From Octopus bimaculoides (Eukaryota), in NCBI RefSeq assembly GCF_001194135.2, contig NC_068991.1, forward strand, positions 41,285,540 through 41,349,539: a stretch of DNA of 64,000 bases, written 5' to 3'. The notes below the pieces were generated by a model, which was not told where the DNA came from, ran no database searches, and worked only from the letters and a program-made list of their open reading frames with translations. The translations under genes and the position numbers were made by a program. Positions 46,740 to 59,525 of the stretch are shown here, piece after piece; within the stretch, counting starts at the first letter, position 1, and each line of letters begins with the position of its first letter.

Positions 46740-48520
46740 CTTGAATAAGGGCAGACGGGCCTCTCAGAAGTCTTGGCTTACAACCTCTCTAGTGATGGTA
46801 ATACAATATAACTACTGGTTCAAGGTAACCTTAAAATACACACCTCATTTATGAGAGAAATGTCAATAATGAAAAGTAACTTTAACATCCACCAGGCTGG
46901 AGCCAAGGGTACAGTGGCTAGTATCTATTGTCTGATTGCTTGTTTACCTATGATGTGGAAGCTTCTAACTGGAATAATGACAAAGAAATTGTATGACCAT
47001 CTTGAAAGAAAAGAATAAAAAGGCTGCAGAAAGGGATCATGAAGAACAAAGGATCTGTTGCTGATAGATAAGACAATTTTGGGGAACTGTCAGAGGGAGT
47101 TGACAAGCTTATCAATGGATTGGATTGATTATAAAAAGGTATATGATATGGTTCCTCACTCATGGAGATGGTTGGGACAGCTAAGAATATGATATATATA
47201 TCTTCAAAAACAGTATGAGGAACTGGAAAACAGTTTTGACTGTAGGTAGAAAGGAAATTGGACAAATTGACATCAAGAGGGGAATCTTTCAAGGAGACTC
47301 TGTTTCACCCCTGTTGCTTATTATTAATATGTTACTGTTCTCCATGATTCTGAGGAGCTGATTATAAATTGAAGAAAACCATGAGGCTAATTAACCACCT
47401 GCTGTTTACGGATGATTTGAAGCTTTACAGAGCTAGCAGAAGCCAACTGGACTCCCTTATTCAGACCATACAAATTTTCTCTCATGACATCTCGATGGCA
47501 TTTGAGGTAGATAAATGTGCTGTTATTGAATTGAAGAGAAGGTGAAAAGTAGACAGCAATGGAGTACAACTTCCAGATGATAAGTGCATAGGAGAAGTGA
47601 CTAGAGAGGGTTACAAATATCCTAGTGTTTTACAATTAGGCCTGATGATGAACACCAAGGTGAAGGAAAACATTTCTTCTAAATATACCAGCAGAGTGAA
47701 AAAGCTATGTAGATCCAAGCCGAATGGAAGAAACCTGATTAGAGGCATCAATGCTTGGGCTGTAGGTGTTGTATGCTACAGTGCAGGAGATATGCAATGG
47801 ACAAAGGAAGAACTGGTCAACATGGACAATAAAATTAGGAAGATAATGGCTATGCACGGGTGATTTCATATTAGAAGTAATGTAGTAAGGCTTTACTACC
47901 TAAGAAAGAAAGTGAAAGAGGATTGGTTGGAATAGAGGATAGTGTTATGAAGGAGATCAAGTCCTTGCATGCCTATTGGAGAAATAGTGATGAAAGAATG
48001 CTGCAGGCTGCACTGAGTGGGAAGGTGAGCAGTGACAATGGTGAGACCCTTCAGGAGTACAAAATGGGGGTTATTAGAGAAAAGATCATTTGCTGGAAAG
48101 AAAAAGTCCTGCACGGATGCTCAAGACTGACCCAAAAGGAGTACAAAGAATGCCATGACAAAATGGCAGTTAATTTTCAGATGAAATTTACATGGGATAT
48201 GCCAATCTAAGCAGACAAGAAGCTGCAACATAACTGACCAGATATCACTCTTCTATGGACCTTCATCTGCAGACCAGAATATTGTGAAGACAGAGGATGA
48301 GAAAGTCGAAAAGTACCAAGACTTAGCATTTGAAGTGAAATACATCCACAAAGCCTCAAAAGTGAGTGCGGTACCTCTTGTGATCAATGCACTTAGGATC
48401 ATGTCAAAGAAAGCAATATTCTGGTATCAAAAGCTGCAAATATCAAACTTCATAGGATGTACTTGGTTGGTGGCAATAAGTAGAACAGCATATGTGATGA
48501 GAAAAGTGTTGCATCTCTAA
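46740..48520 (+). mobile_element. R4/Dong-clade-like LINE remnant (RT and restriction-like endonuclease)
   Basis: DYKK.YDMVPH, GIFQGDS.SP, NHLLF.DDLKL, INAWAVGVVCYSAG..QWTKEEL..MD.K.RK, EKVEKYQDLAFEV...VP.VI motifs, broken by stops. Confidence 0.8.
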
Positions 48521-49343
48521 GCTTCAGGATGGAGCTGAGATGTGACATAGATAACTCAGTAGAAGATAGAATAATAAATATCATCATCAGTAACAACAAC
48601 AACAGCAGCAACAGCAACAACAATGCAGATACAAGGCCTTAAATTTGAAGGATGGAGTTTATCAGTTAAATTGTCCTCAGTACTTGACTGGTACTTGATC
48701 TTAGACAATGTGAGAAAATTGTTATCTTTGCCCAGTGCAGTTTGGACAAAGGCACAAAACAAATGTTGTTAACAGAAATAACTAGTGGTAGGTCTGGTTG
48801 GAGAGGTCATTGATGATAAGCATGTAAACATAAGTTGTATAGTGTTATACAACAACAACAACAACAGCAGCAGCAGGTATATCCATTCCTGGCTATGTGT
48901 TAAATGAATCATGAAAAATGAAGGCACAGGCATTGCTGTGTGGTAAGCAGCTTGCTTTCCAACCACAGAGTTCTGGGTTCAGTCCCACTGTGTTGCACCT
49001 TGGGCAAGTGTCTTCTACTATAGCCTTGAGCTGACCAAAGCCTTGTGAGTGGATTTGGTAGACAGAAACTGAAAGAAGTCTATCGTATATGTATGTATCT
49101 ATGTATGAGTTACTTTGTGCCTGTGCTTGTTCCCCACTGGTGTTGGTGTGTTTATGACCCCATAACTTAGTGCTTCGGCAACAGAAACTGATAGAATAAG
49201 TACCAGGCTTTAAAAAAAATAAGTACTGGGGTGATTCATTTGACTAAAAATTCTTCAAAGTAGTGCTCCAGTATGGCCACAGTCTAATGACTGAATCAAG
49301 TAAAAAGGTAAATGAATAAAACATTTTCAGGAGAAACTCTTAC

Positions 49344-49455
49344 CTGTAACTTTATTGTCAGTAGTATCAGTTTCTTTGGGAGGAATATAAGTCTCCCCAG
49401 TCATTATTGTATGAAACATTGAAGTAAGGTTATGTTCAGTAACATTTCGAGCAGT
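49344..49455 (-). CDS. DNAAF3: DNAAF3 exon
   Basis: tctgtgcag|ACT...ACA G|gtaaga, 112 nt; TARNVTEHNLTSMFHTIM... aligns to 'TAGEITQHNVTELL'. Confidence 0.9.
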
Positions 49456-50687
49456 CTGCACAGAAATATATAATGACATTAGTTTACAACCAGAATAATT
49501 ATTTTCCAAAACAATCATGTGTTGTCTTACCTTTTTTTTTAAAGAAAATTGTTATTTTACAGATAAAGGAAGTAAAATGGTAAATGCTTAGGAGCAGCCC
49601 ATCACAAATATTTTTTCAGATTTCAGCCCAGAATTTTTATTCAGGATTGAACAATAACACTGTGGGAAATTATAAGACAGGAAAAATTAATCTGAAATAA
49701 TTTCACAAATTAGTGAAATTCTGACATTCTGAGTTCAAAATCTTGCCAAGGTCAGCTTTGCTTTTCAGCCTTTTGGGGTTGATAAAATAAAGTACTAGCT
49801 AGGTAGTTGTTGGTTGTCTCTTCAGTTCAAGAAAGACAATTTCTTAATTTCTTCCTGGACAACCTGCACAGATGATTTGTTTATAGAGATCAAATGTTTG
49901 TGCAGTGCATGAGCTCACTCTCTCCATCAAATATTGCAATCATGAGTGCAACACCCTAACCATTAAGCCATACACCCTCAGACAAGTACCAGTCAGGTAG
50001 ATGGGGTAATATAATTGATAAGACCCTTAAAACCAGATAAAGTGGTATAAGATATTTAGTTGCATCGTTATCTTTTACTGGGTTCAGCCACTGGTCTTTG
50101 ACTATACAGGAACATTCACTTTTTCACTTTTTAGGATGCAATTAATTACATTGACTCCCAGTATTTTGATGAAAGGCAATATGGACTAGAGTATAATTTG
50201 AACTCCAAACATAAAGGGACATAATCAAATACTCCTAGATGTTTTGTTTGATGCTCTACCAGTTCTGTCATTCACTCACCTGATTTCAATTCTTGCAAGG
50301 AGTAAATTTTGCCTTTCATCCTTTTGGAGATGATTGATAAAATAAATATCAGTCAAGTACTGAGAATAATTTAATTCATTGGGACTCCTCAAAATGTCTG
50401 TGGTCTTGTGCTGTTGTTAAAAATTATTAGGTAGAGGGGCTACCACAGAAACACACAAGACAACAGGCACTTCCATATTTCATCAATATCTGAGATCTGG
50501 AGGTAAATTATACCACATAGTTATTTCAAAACAATTACAATACAATGTTTCCACTAGGTATTATATGAATTGTCCTCTGCTGTACTGTACCATAACACAG
50601 TATTCTTTACCAGCTTTTACTATGTTAGCATTCAATCTGAGTTCAACTACCATTATTTTGAGAGCCACTGTTTTATATACTACTTAC

Positions 50688-50810
50688 CTTTCTGTAGTAT
50701 CCATTGAATTTTTTGAATAGTTCTTTAAAGTCACTTTCAATTCCCATTGCAATATATGGTCCAACTAAAATATCTCCCCAGTAACCTCTCAGATTTATTC
50801 TTTCGCCATT
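50688..50810 (-). CDS. DNAAF3: DNAAF3 exon
   Basis: actttatag|AAT...AAG|gtaagt, 123 nt; NGERINLRGYWGDILVGPYIAMGIE carries the DNAAF3 signature RGYWGDI..GP. Confidence 0.96.
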
Positions 50811-51829
50811 CTATAAAGTAAAAGGAAACAAATTTGAATCGAGATAAAAATTCTGATTTGAAATGGAAACCAAAAATTTTTGTTAGCAGTAATTGAGAAA
50901 AATTCAATGCTTTTTGTATAATTTTTATAATTTTTCTGTCAAATCCAGGAATTGAACTCACAATCGTTAGATCATGGGTTTAATTCCTGGACTTGGCAGC
51001 ACGTGTTCTTCAATAAAACACCTTATTTCACATAGTTCCAGCCCACTCAGCTGTAAATAGGTAACTCTGTGATGGATTAGAGGTGGAATGTTGGCCTGTT
51101 AGTCTAGCCAGCAGGATGACATCATTCAAAAGCTAAAGCAATCCAAAGTGCATTCTGATTAGTAACGTATAACATTTGATAGTCCAGTTGACCATGTGGT
51201 CATGTGGTATATAGAATCATTTACTTGATTCATTCATTTGACTGTAGCCATGTTGGAGCACCTACCACTCCAGCATGGCTATAGTAGGATTAGCTTGTAC
51301 TACTGTAGAAAATCTGTCAGATCAAATTCTGTCTGACCCATGCAAGCATGGAAAAGTGGATAGTAAAACAATGATAATGATGATGATGATGGTGGTGGTG
51401 GTAATGCTGCTGCCGGTATTGATGATGATCATGATGGTGATAAAAATGAAGTAAAATGAGAAACTAAAAATCTTAAAACATTCTACTTCGTTTAGACTCA
51501 TTGACTTAATTTAATTTAATTTTAATTAAGCATAAGGTAAAGTTTTGTAGAGAAGAATATGGTCACTTGAATTGATCAACTAATAATATTATTAATTACT
51601 TTATTGATTCTGTAATGATTAAAATCAGAAATAGTATGTGAACTCATAACGATGAGTTATTGAACTAAATTCTAATAGAACATTCTGTAAGTATTTCTGC
51701 TGCTCTCCCAACCAACTTCACTAAATTGAGATTCAATAATTTTGCAGAAATAGATAAATGTTGATTTTATAAACTAGTAGCTTAACTGAGAACTCTTGTT
51801 CTTTCTTTTGACAGGAAAAACAGTCTGGA

Positions 51830-51872
<43 letters not shown>

Positions 51873-52147
51873 CATGCACACACACACACACAGAGTATCA
51901 TCATCATCATTATCGTCTTCATCACCATCGTCTTCATCACCATCGTTATTGTCATCATCATTTAAAGTCCATTTTTCCATGCTGGCACAGGTTTAAAGGT
52001 TCGACAGGAGCTGGCAACCCAGAAGACTTTACCAGGCTTCCCAGTCTGTTTTGGCATGGTTTTTTTTATAGCTGGATGCCCTTCCTAACACCAACCACCT
52101 TACAGAGTGGACATGTATGTACAAGATATTTAATCTATGGAACCTAC

Positions 52148-52270
52148 CTTCATTAGAATTATTCCTGAAGCTAGGGTTGTATTGGGTAAAACATAGTCAC
52201 CATCGCGGTTCTCAAATGCCACTCCAATATTTCTCCACTTCTTGTATTCATGCTTATCTATTACATCGGC
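52148..52270 (-). CDS. DNAAF3: DNAAF3 exon
   Basis: actgaacag|GCC...AAG|gtaggt, 123 nt; HEYKKWRNIGVAFENRDGDYVLPNTTLASG aligns to 'EFRRWRDTGVAFE...Y..PNRTLASG'. Confidence 0.96.
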
Positions 52271-52647
52271 CTGTTCAGTGTAGCAAAAACGAAAATAAAA
52301 AGAAAAGACTATTATCAAGATTGCAAATGTTATGACATAAAACATAAACATATTCAGAAACTGTATGTGGTTCAAATAACTTTGAACATGTGAAAATACT
52401 CCTGCCCCACCACTGCTTCTAGTGCCCCTCCTGCTGTCACTGTTGCTCCATTACCTACTTTTCATTGCTTGCAGAAAGAATTCATTCCGTTTACCAACCT
52501 TCATCTGTTTCTAAGGTGATATTTCCCCATGGTTGGAAATATTTTCAGGGAAATTTGGAAACAAATACTAATGCTTGTAGGATGGTGATGCTTGTTTAGA
52601 ACCATTATGTGATGTCAAGACAGAAACACACACACACATCAGTGCAT

Positions 52648-52683
52648 GAACAACAACAACAACAACAAAAACAAAAACAACAA

Positions 52684-52724
<41 letters not shown>

Positions 52725-52726
52725 GC

Positions 52727-52763
<37 letters not shown>

Positions 52764-52830
52764 GCAACAACAACAACAACAAAAACAACAACAGCAACAG
52801 CAGCAGCAGCAGCAGCAGCAATAACAATAA
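52648..52830. repeat. (CAA)n/(CAG)n microsatellite at a SINE tail
   Basis: About 60 triplets; explains the poly-Q/L/N/V pseudo-ORFs in the ORF track. Confidence 0.95.
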
Positions 52831-53053
52831 TCCTTTCTACTAAAGGCACAAGACCTGAAATTTGGGGGAAAGGCTAAGTCAATTACATTGATCTCAGTAC
52901 TCTGGTACTTATTTCATTGACCCTGAAAGGATGAAAGGCAAAGTTGACACTGGCAGAATTTGAACTCAGACTGTAAAGATGGATGAAATGCATAGTGTGC
53001 TAACGATTCTTTCAGCTTGCCTTACTACTACTACTAGTGGCTCTCATGGCTAT

Positions 53054-53734
53054 AGGGGGTTCCTATAAGGTTGTTATCCACCCCTGATTGGAACTCTCCC
53101 GTATGACATGTACGCATGCTCAGTGACTTGCTTTAACTTCCGGCATCTATTTCTAGCATATAGGAGTCCACTTTTGCTGGTCATTCCTCTTATTTTTGTA
53201 TATATATATANNNNNNNNNNNNNNNNNNNNNNNNNNNNNNNNNNNNNNNNNNNNNNNNNNNNNNNNNNNNNNNNNNNNNNNNNNNNNNNNNNNNNNNNNN
53301 NNNNNNNNNNNNNNGCTCATGGCCAAATCAGTGAATGGTTGCTGAAAGCTATGATGAAAGCAGATTGGGATCAGGCAATACTTCACCGAGAGGAGATATA
53401 AGCTTCTGCTTATTCCTGTCTGAAGTATTGTCCGATACTTCAGACTTATCATCCGATGAATTTACTTTGTTGACATTCTTCATCGACAGAATTTTTATAC
53501 CTTTCAACCTTTCAATCAAGTCCGCCTTTCTTCCAGTAACATACTGTCCGTATAATCTTAAATATTTCTTTAACTCAGGCACAGTAAGTACTTCGATAGC
53601 TGAATCATCGAATTGCTTTATATCCATGATAAGACGTAAAACAATAACAATGGTGTGGATAGTCTGCGGAAGTTTAATTGTCTACATGTAGCGCCGCCTA
53701 GCCAAGGGAGATAACCTACTTATAGGAAAGCCCT
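53054..53734 (-). mobile_element. TIR DNA element with AT TSD encoding a SAP-domain ORF (ISL2EU/PHIS-like); spans a gap
   Basis: TIRs AGGGGGTTCCTATAAG (53054-53069) and CTTATAGGAAAGCCCT (53719-53734), 14/16; AT on both flanks; ORF 53349-53627 LTVPELKKYLRLYGQYVTGRKADLIERL is a SAP motif. Confidence 0.65.
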
Positions 53735-55178
53735 ATTGATCTTAACTGATTGGAAGTGTTATCATGTATATTGTTTTGTCTTGGTATAAAAGATGGCTAC
53801 AGCAAATAATCCGCTCAATACCACAGATTTGCTTGTCAGTTGGTTGACCATAACCAGTTGAGCATGTCCCTTGGTGGCTGATGATATGTGCATCTCTGGT
53901 CACAAGTAGAAGTAGTGGGGGAACATCATAGCCATGTATTGAGAGGAATTCTTTGGGGTTTGGCTAATTCAAATTTGGAAACATGGGTGTTTTGTTCATC
54001 ATCCTTATTCAGGGACCTTTTGAGTGGGATGGGATACTCAACCTGAAGAAAATTTTAACTGGGGCCCCACCTGCAAGGTCATGTGCTGTTTATCATGATA
54101 TGAGATCACTATGTCGCGCACATATGGCTATGATGCATGTGCCTAGTGTACCGTTATCAGACGGGTAGTCATGATGGGTGTATGGGGCTTTGTATATTTG
54201 TATCCCAGTGTCACTTTGATGGCATGCACTGCTCTCTCACTTACTACTACTACTACTACTACTACTACTAATAATAATAATAATAATAATGATGTAAAAA
54301 GTACTTGTGCTGATGCCATGCAAAAAACACCCATGCTGGTGCTATGTCTAAAGCATTGGTACTGGTGCCATATAAAAAAGCACTCTGTAAAGTGGTTGAC
54401 ATTAGGAAGGGTATCCAGCCATAGAAACTTTGCCAAAACAGGTAGCTGGGACTTGGTGTGGCTCACTGGATTGCCAGTTCCTGTCAAACTGTCCAGCCTA
54501 TGCCAGCATGGAAGGCAGATGTTAAATGATTATGATGATAATGATGATATATAAATATGGTGACTAAACCATAAGATCCATACGATGGTGTTTTCAGTGA
54601 TGGAAAGCAATAGATTATATGGAGGACTGGAACATACCATTTAGTTGCATTGCCAAAAGATGGATATGTGTTCCTCCTCCAACCGCTGACCTTGGATGTA
54701 ACCAGACCTTAAGATCAATATCATAGCTTCAGTCATGTAAAAGGGAGATAAAAGTTGACTTCTATTACAATTTTACTTCACTAAAACCTACTTGGCTACT
54801 ATGGTGTGGACTCATTTAGTTTCCTACACACACATGCATGCACGCACACACACACATGCACAAACATATAATATTATATTAATGCCCTATTGTTATACTT
54901 AGGAATGGTCATATTTTGCCAATTAAACACACACACTATATGTTTGTTCTTTACTTCAGCTTAATTATTATTATTATTTTTGTTTCTTTGTCAAAGCTCT
55001 TTCATCACGCATCCTGTGATCTCTTCAGTGACTCCGCTTGTTCTGTTTAGTCCATTCTATCTTTTAGTAGTTAATTGACAAAATATGACCATCCCCAAGT
55101 ATAACAATATCTGTTTCAACACACAATTTCACATCAAGAATCTTTCAAAACAAATATATAAATATAATATATTAATAC

Positions 55179-55272
55179 CTCTTTTTCAACAAGTCTCATG
55201 TGATAATCCCAGTCAAAAGCATTCATTTTGGTGTCATATCTTGTTTGTAGGTAGCTTCGTAATCTGGTCTCC
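55179..55272 (-). CDS. DNAAF3: DNAAF3 exon
   Basis: ttatttgatag|G GAG...GAG|gtatta, 94 nt; (W)ETRLRSYLQTRYDTKMNAFDWDYHMRL aligns to 'WDSRLRHYLGSRYD....SDWDLRMKL'. Confidence 0.95.
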
Positions 55273-56269
55273 CTATCAAATAAATACCATATTTCTTTGC
55301 ATATAATATGCCTCACTAATTATGAGCAAAAATATCACTTATGTATAATACACACTGACTTTTCCTTAGTAATATAATGTATAGAAAAAAATGTTTAACC
55401 CTTTCAGATTATTCTGTCAAATGTAATGCATATTTATTCACATTGTTTTGGATTAATCATGGATTATCTCATAACTTTGAGATTTAAATGATGTGTGATT
55501 GCATTTAGAATGACATTGTAAGGTAGATGTGAAAGGCCAGATCTGGTTGGTTTGAGCATAAAACAGGTAAAATATTTGGGCTGGATATGGCCAGTTTAAC
55601 TGCTAAAAGGTTAATCAAATTTATTATTACAAGTGCATAGATGGATTAAGTAATACTTTGTTTCATTGAAATATAGGAATATATGCAAGAAAGAATTAAG
55701 TAAAGGAAGGTAAAACAATAAGCTCATATATCCTAAACAAAATAAAAAGTAATTTCAAAAGTGACTTTTGAATTCTATCAGTGTAGGTTGTAAAAGTGTA
55801 TGTGCTGTAAAATTAAAGCTATGAAATGTTTCTTTTTACATAAATTAAAACATGACATTTTAAGTTTTCAGAAAGTGAAAAGAGCATCTTAAACACTCTT
55901 TATTCAGTATTTTGTATGTAATTTCATGGAACATAAATTATGCTGGCATTGTATATTTATAGAATTTATTTCTATCTAGTGAAAATGACAAGCAGCCTCA
56001 CCTCCAAAACTGTGATTTATTGCTATCAAATCTTAGTTTTATTTTCTGACTACTTATATCAACAATTATGAGTCAAATTGTAGTTAATAAGATACTGATC
56101 AATGCAATCACTGATGTGGGCATACAAATTTTCACAACTGGGACAAAGGAGTCCCAAGGAATTCTTACTATTAACGTACAATGCAAAAGGATATGATAGA
56201 CATAATGCAGGATTTAAACACTTTCATTATACTTCAGTTTAAATTCTTTCTTTATTGAATGCTTTCAAT

Positions 56270-56950
56270 ATATATATATAATATTGGTAACTCTTGTACA
56301 ATGTTCTGCATTATGTGTTTAATTTTCCCTTCAGCTCTTAGGGCTGCTATTACTGTGTCCTTGAATGGTTTGCCATTTCTGGGTATTAACCTGGATAGGC
56401 CGTCAGCTTTTTCAAAGGTAAATATTCCATAGTATAGTTGTAGTTTAGTAGTATGGTGCCCCATTGCTGCAACCTGTTTGCTGTATGTCCTGGGATTCTT
56501 TTCTTGGATCCATAAATCATTAGCAACGGGTGATGGTCTGTTTGTAGTCTAAACCGTCTACCTTGTATAAACCTGTGGAACTTTCTTATGGCAAGTATAA
56601 TCGCCAATGCCTCTTTTTCAATTTGGCTATAATTTTTTCCCTCTGGCAATAGTGTCCTTGATGCATGAGCTATGGCCTTTTGGTTGCCATCTTCACATTT
56701 GTGTAAGTGAATGGCACCTACCCCATACCCACTAGCATTTGTTGCCAGTATCGTTTCCAACTTCAGGTCGAAGTGTGTAAGCAACAAGTTTGAAGTTAAC
56801 ATACTTTTTAGTTTCTCAAATGCCTTCTGGCATTTTTCTGACCAAAGCCATTTAGCATCCTTTTTTAAAAGCTCATTTAGTGGAATCCTTGTGTTGTGTA
56901 TGTTTGGGATATATACTTAATAGTGGTTTACCAAGCCTAAAAATGCTTGT
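56270..56950 (-). mobile_element. Gypsy RT-connection/RNase H remnant
   Basis: ORF 56386-56802: LATNASGYGVGA, ASRTL...NYSQIEKEALAII, GRRF.LQTDH.PL, ANRLQ.W. Confidence 0.9.
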
Positions 56951-57451
56951 AACAATTTGACGCTTGTTGGGGGAGGCATATTCCATATTGCTGTTGCTCT
57001 TGATGGGTATGGCCTTCATCCCCTTTCATTTCCTTTCATCAAATATTGCAGCATTGGAGCCATTTGCCCAAGGTGCCATGCAGTGATATCATGTGGTTGG
57101 GAAGCAAAATTCTCAATCATGCATCCAATCACCTATTAAAGACATGAAAGATAAATTTCCTCCTGTATGGAAATCTTATCAAAGCTAACATCAACAAAAG
57201 ATTCTCTACAAGTTGGTTTATGGAATTAGGTGTGTTGCCTGTAGACACAAAAAGAACACTTAATGGTCAATATGAATTCATTAAATATTAGTTGATAGTT
57301 CAATACTTCGTATACTAGCCAGTTTTCCTGATACTATGATTTAATATTTTAAATAATTTAGATGCTGATATCTTTGTGCAAACAGGAATGAAGATAATGG
57401 AAAGTGAAAATTAATGAAATTTAAAGGTCAAATAACAAGGAATAAACTTAC

Positions 57452-57534
57452 CAACACATGCTAATATCAAACAAATTTTTATCTGGGTTTCGCCAGAATT
57501 TTAGAATCCCTTCAAGGTAGTCTCTTTCTTTGAA
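57452..57534 (-). CDS. DNAAF3: DNAAF3 exon
   Basis: acatagtag|TTC...TGT TG|gtaagt, 83 nt; FKERDYLEGILKFWR aligns to 'FRERDALEAVFRFW'. Confidence 0.95.
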
Positions 57535-58543
57535 CTACTATGTCAAATAAATACAGGTAAATTATAGTTATTTTTATAAAAATAAAAGAAAAAACATTTC
57601 AAACAAAAGTAACAAACAATGGTCTAATATCTTTTATCTGTTTCAGTCATTAGCCATGCTGGGGCACCACCTTGAAGAACTTTTAGTCAAATGAATCAAC
57701 CCCAGTATTTATTTTTTTAAAGTCAGATATTTATTCTATTGGTCTCTTTTTGCTGATGAACCGCTAAGTTATGCAGATGTAAACAAACCAACACCAGCTG
57801 TCAAATGGTGGTGGTGGACAAATACAAACATAAATACACACACACACACACACTCACTCACTCTTAGCAATTCATGGATTTCATTTCATGGGGATCCAAT
57901 AGCTAACAACTATTGCATGTTCGTCACAACTAAAGTGCTATCTCTTTGCTAATTTCAGAAATTCCAACGGTTATCTTTTTGATCCATTAGTTCCACTGAC
58001 AACACAATGTTAAGTTCCTGTCATTTCCCTCCTAACACTAACCTGTATCAATTCAAATAATAACATCAAGTGATCTAATCTTAATTTTCTATTAGTACTC
58101 CCCACAAAACTTAATATATTATAGTTCTTCCTTCTCAAATACAGTAATTTCATAAACTCTATATTTCTCATGCTACACTTCCCTAAAGGCTGCAATTAAC
58201 TTCGGATTCACAGAAATATGTGTCATTTCATAAAATTTTGCTAGTTATGAGGATGATTTGAACTCAAATATAAATGTTTTTTTTGCACACTGGTACAAAG
58301 CAGTAATGCAGTTATTCAGAAAGGAGAATGTTTAATTAAATCACCCGTAGAACCCTGGGTACCTATTTTATTGTATTGACTCTAAGAAAGTATAAGGCAA
58401 TGTCAAATCAAATCAAACTGAATATAGAGACACCAATTTCAATACTGTTACACATTTAGTCTGGGTGTACATTGTTTCTGTCTGCCTCTCTCTTTCTAAC
58501 TACCAAACTGTTATATAGATGAAACTATGGGAAAACTTATTAC

Positions 58544-58607
58544 CTTTAACCTAGATATGTCAACAATAGGTAACTTCTCTTTCAAATAATCAAAGTCAGT
58601 TATCATC
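58544..58607 (-). CDS. DNAAF3: DNAAF3 exon
   Basis: Poly-T tract, cag|G ATG...AAG|gtaata, 64 nt; (R)MITDFDYLKEKLPIVDISRLK aligns to '...D.LEEQLP.LSL..LK'. Confidence 0.92.
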
Positions 58608-58610
58608 CTG

Positions 58611-58644
<34 letters not shown>

Positions 58645-59431
58645 ATAAAAGTTCAAAACATAAAAGGAGTCTTATAATTACAAGGGTTGAAATAAACACT
58701 TTCACTCATAAGAAATGTGCATCTCTGAAATTAATTCCTTGCTCTAAGTTTTTTCTTTCCAATCACAAATTCATAGGATTAAGCATTAAATATCAAAACT
58801 TCACCAAGCAATCTTTGTTTCTCAGTATAGGAGAACCTAAAATGGCTGTTATCCAACATCCACTTTGCCTTCTCAGATTAATCTGAAGATTTTAAACAGA
58901 TCACAAATTAATACAAAACAAAAAGAGAAATGGCTAAGTAGACAAAGTACAAGATTAACAGTTCATGAGATCAAATCTATTGCTCATTTAATTAGATGGT
59001 ATTATGCTCAAGAGCCTTTAATGCAGTAATTTTCAGCATTTTCCCATTCATAGTACATCAAATAAGATGCTAAAGAGTTACAGTACACCAGCAGCCATTT
59101 AAAAGTTTTATTTAAAAAATAGTTGCATGCATTGCACTTTACAGTAAAGAGATACACATGCAGTGGTGTGGTGCATTAAAAACATCCAGGTTTTCTAAAT
59201 ATCATGGTGCTCACAACACACCTAAAGATCATATATGGCACATAAGTGTGCTGTGGCACAATTGTTGAAAATGGACATAAAACAGATGAATGGAAGCGAT
59301 AATAGGAAATGTAAAGTCTAAAGCAAATGATCTGACAAAAATTATAAATAAGGAAATTCTTAGAAATATCTAGGGGAAAAAATGACAAATAAAGAAAATT
59401 TGAAAGTGTTTTTAAAATCTATTTTTATCAC

Positions 59432-59525
59432 CTGATGAATTCATTGCATATTTTTTGTAAATATGTGACTGATTGTTTTCGAATTAAAGTATTTCCATAT
59501 AACTCCAGGTACAGTTCCACTTTAT
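59432..59525 (-). CDS. DNAAF3: DNAAF3 exon
   Basis: ctttccag|AT AAA...ATC AG|gtgata, 94 nt; (D)KVELYLELYGNTLIRKQS aligns to 'ERSETFLEVWGNALLR'. Confidence 0.94.

Noticed and set aside
49530-49700. GTAAGA donor-like site on the - strand above the TARNV exon
   Set aside because: Upstream frames contain stops, and the flanking DNAAF3 exons already join seamlessly (YRK-TAR).
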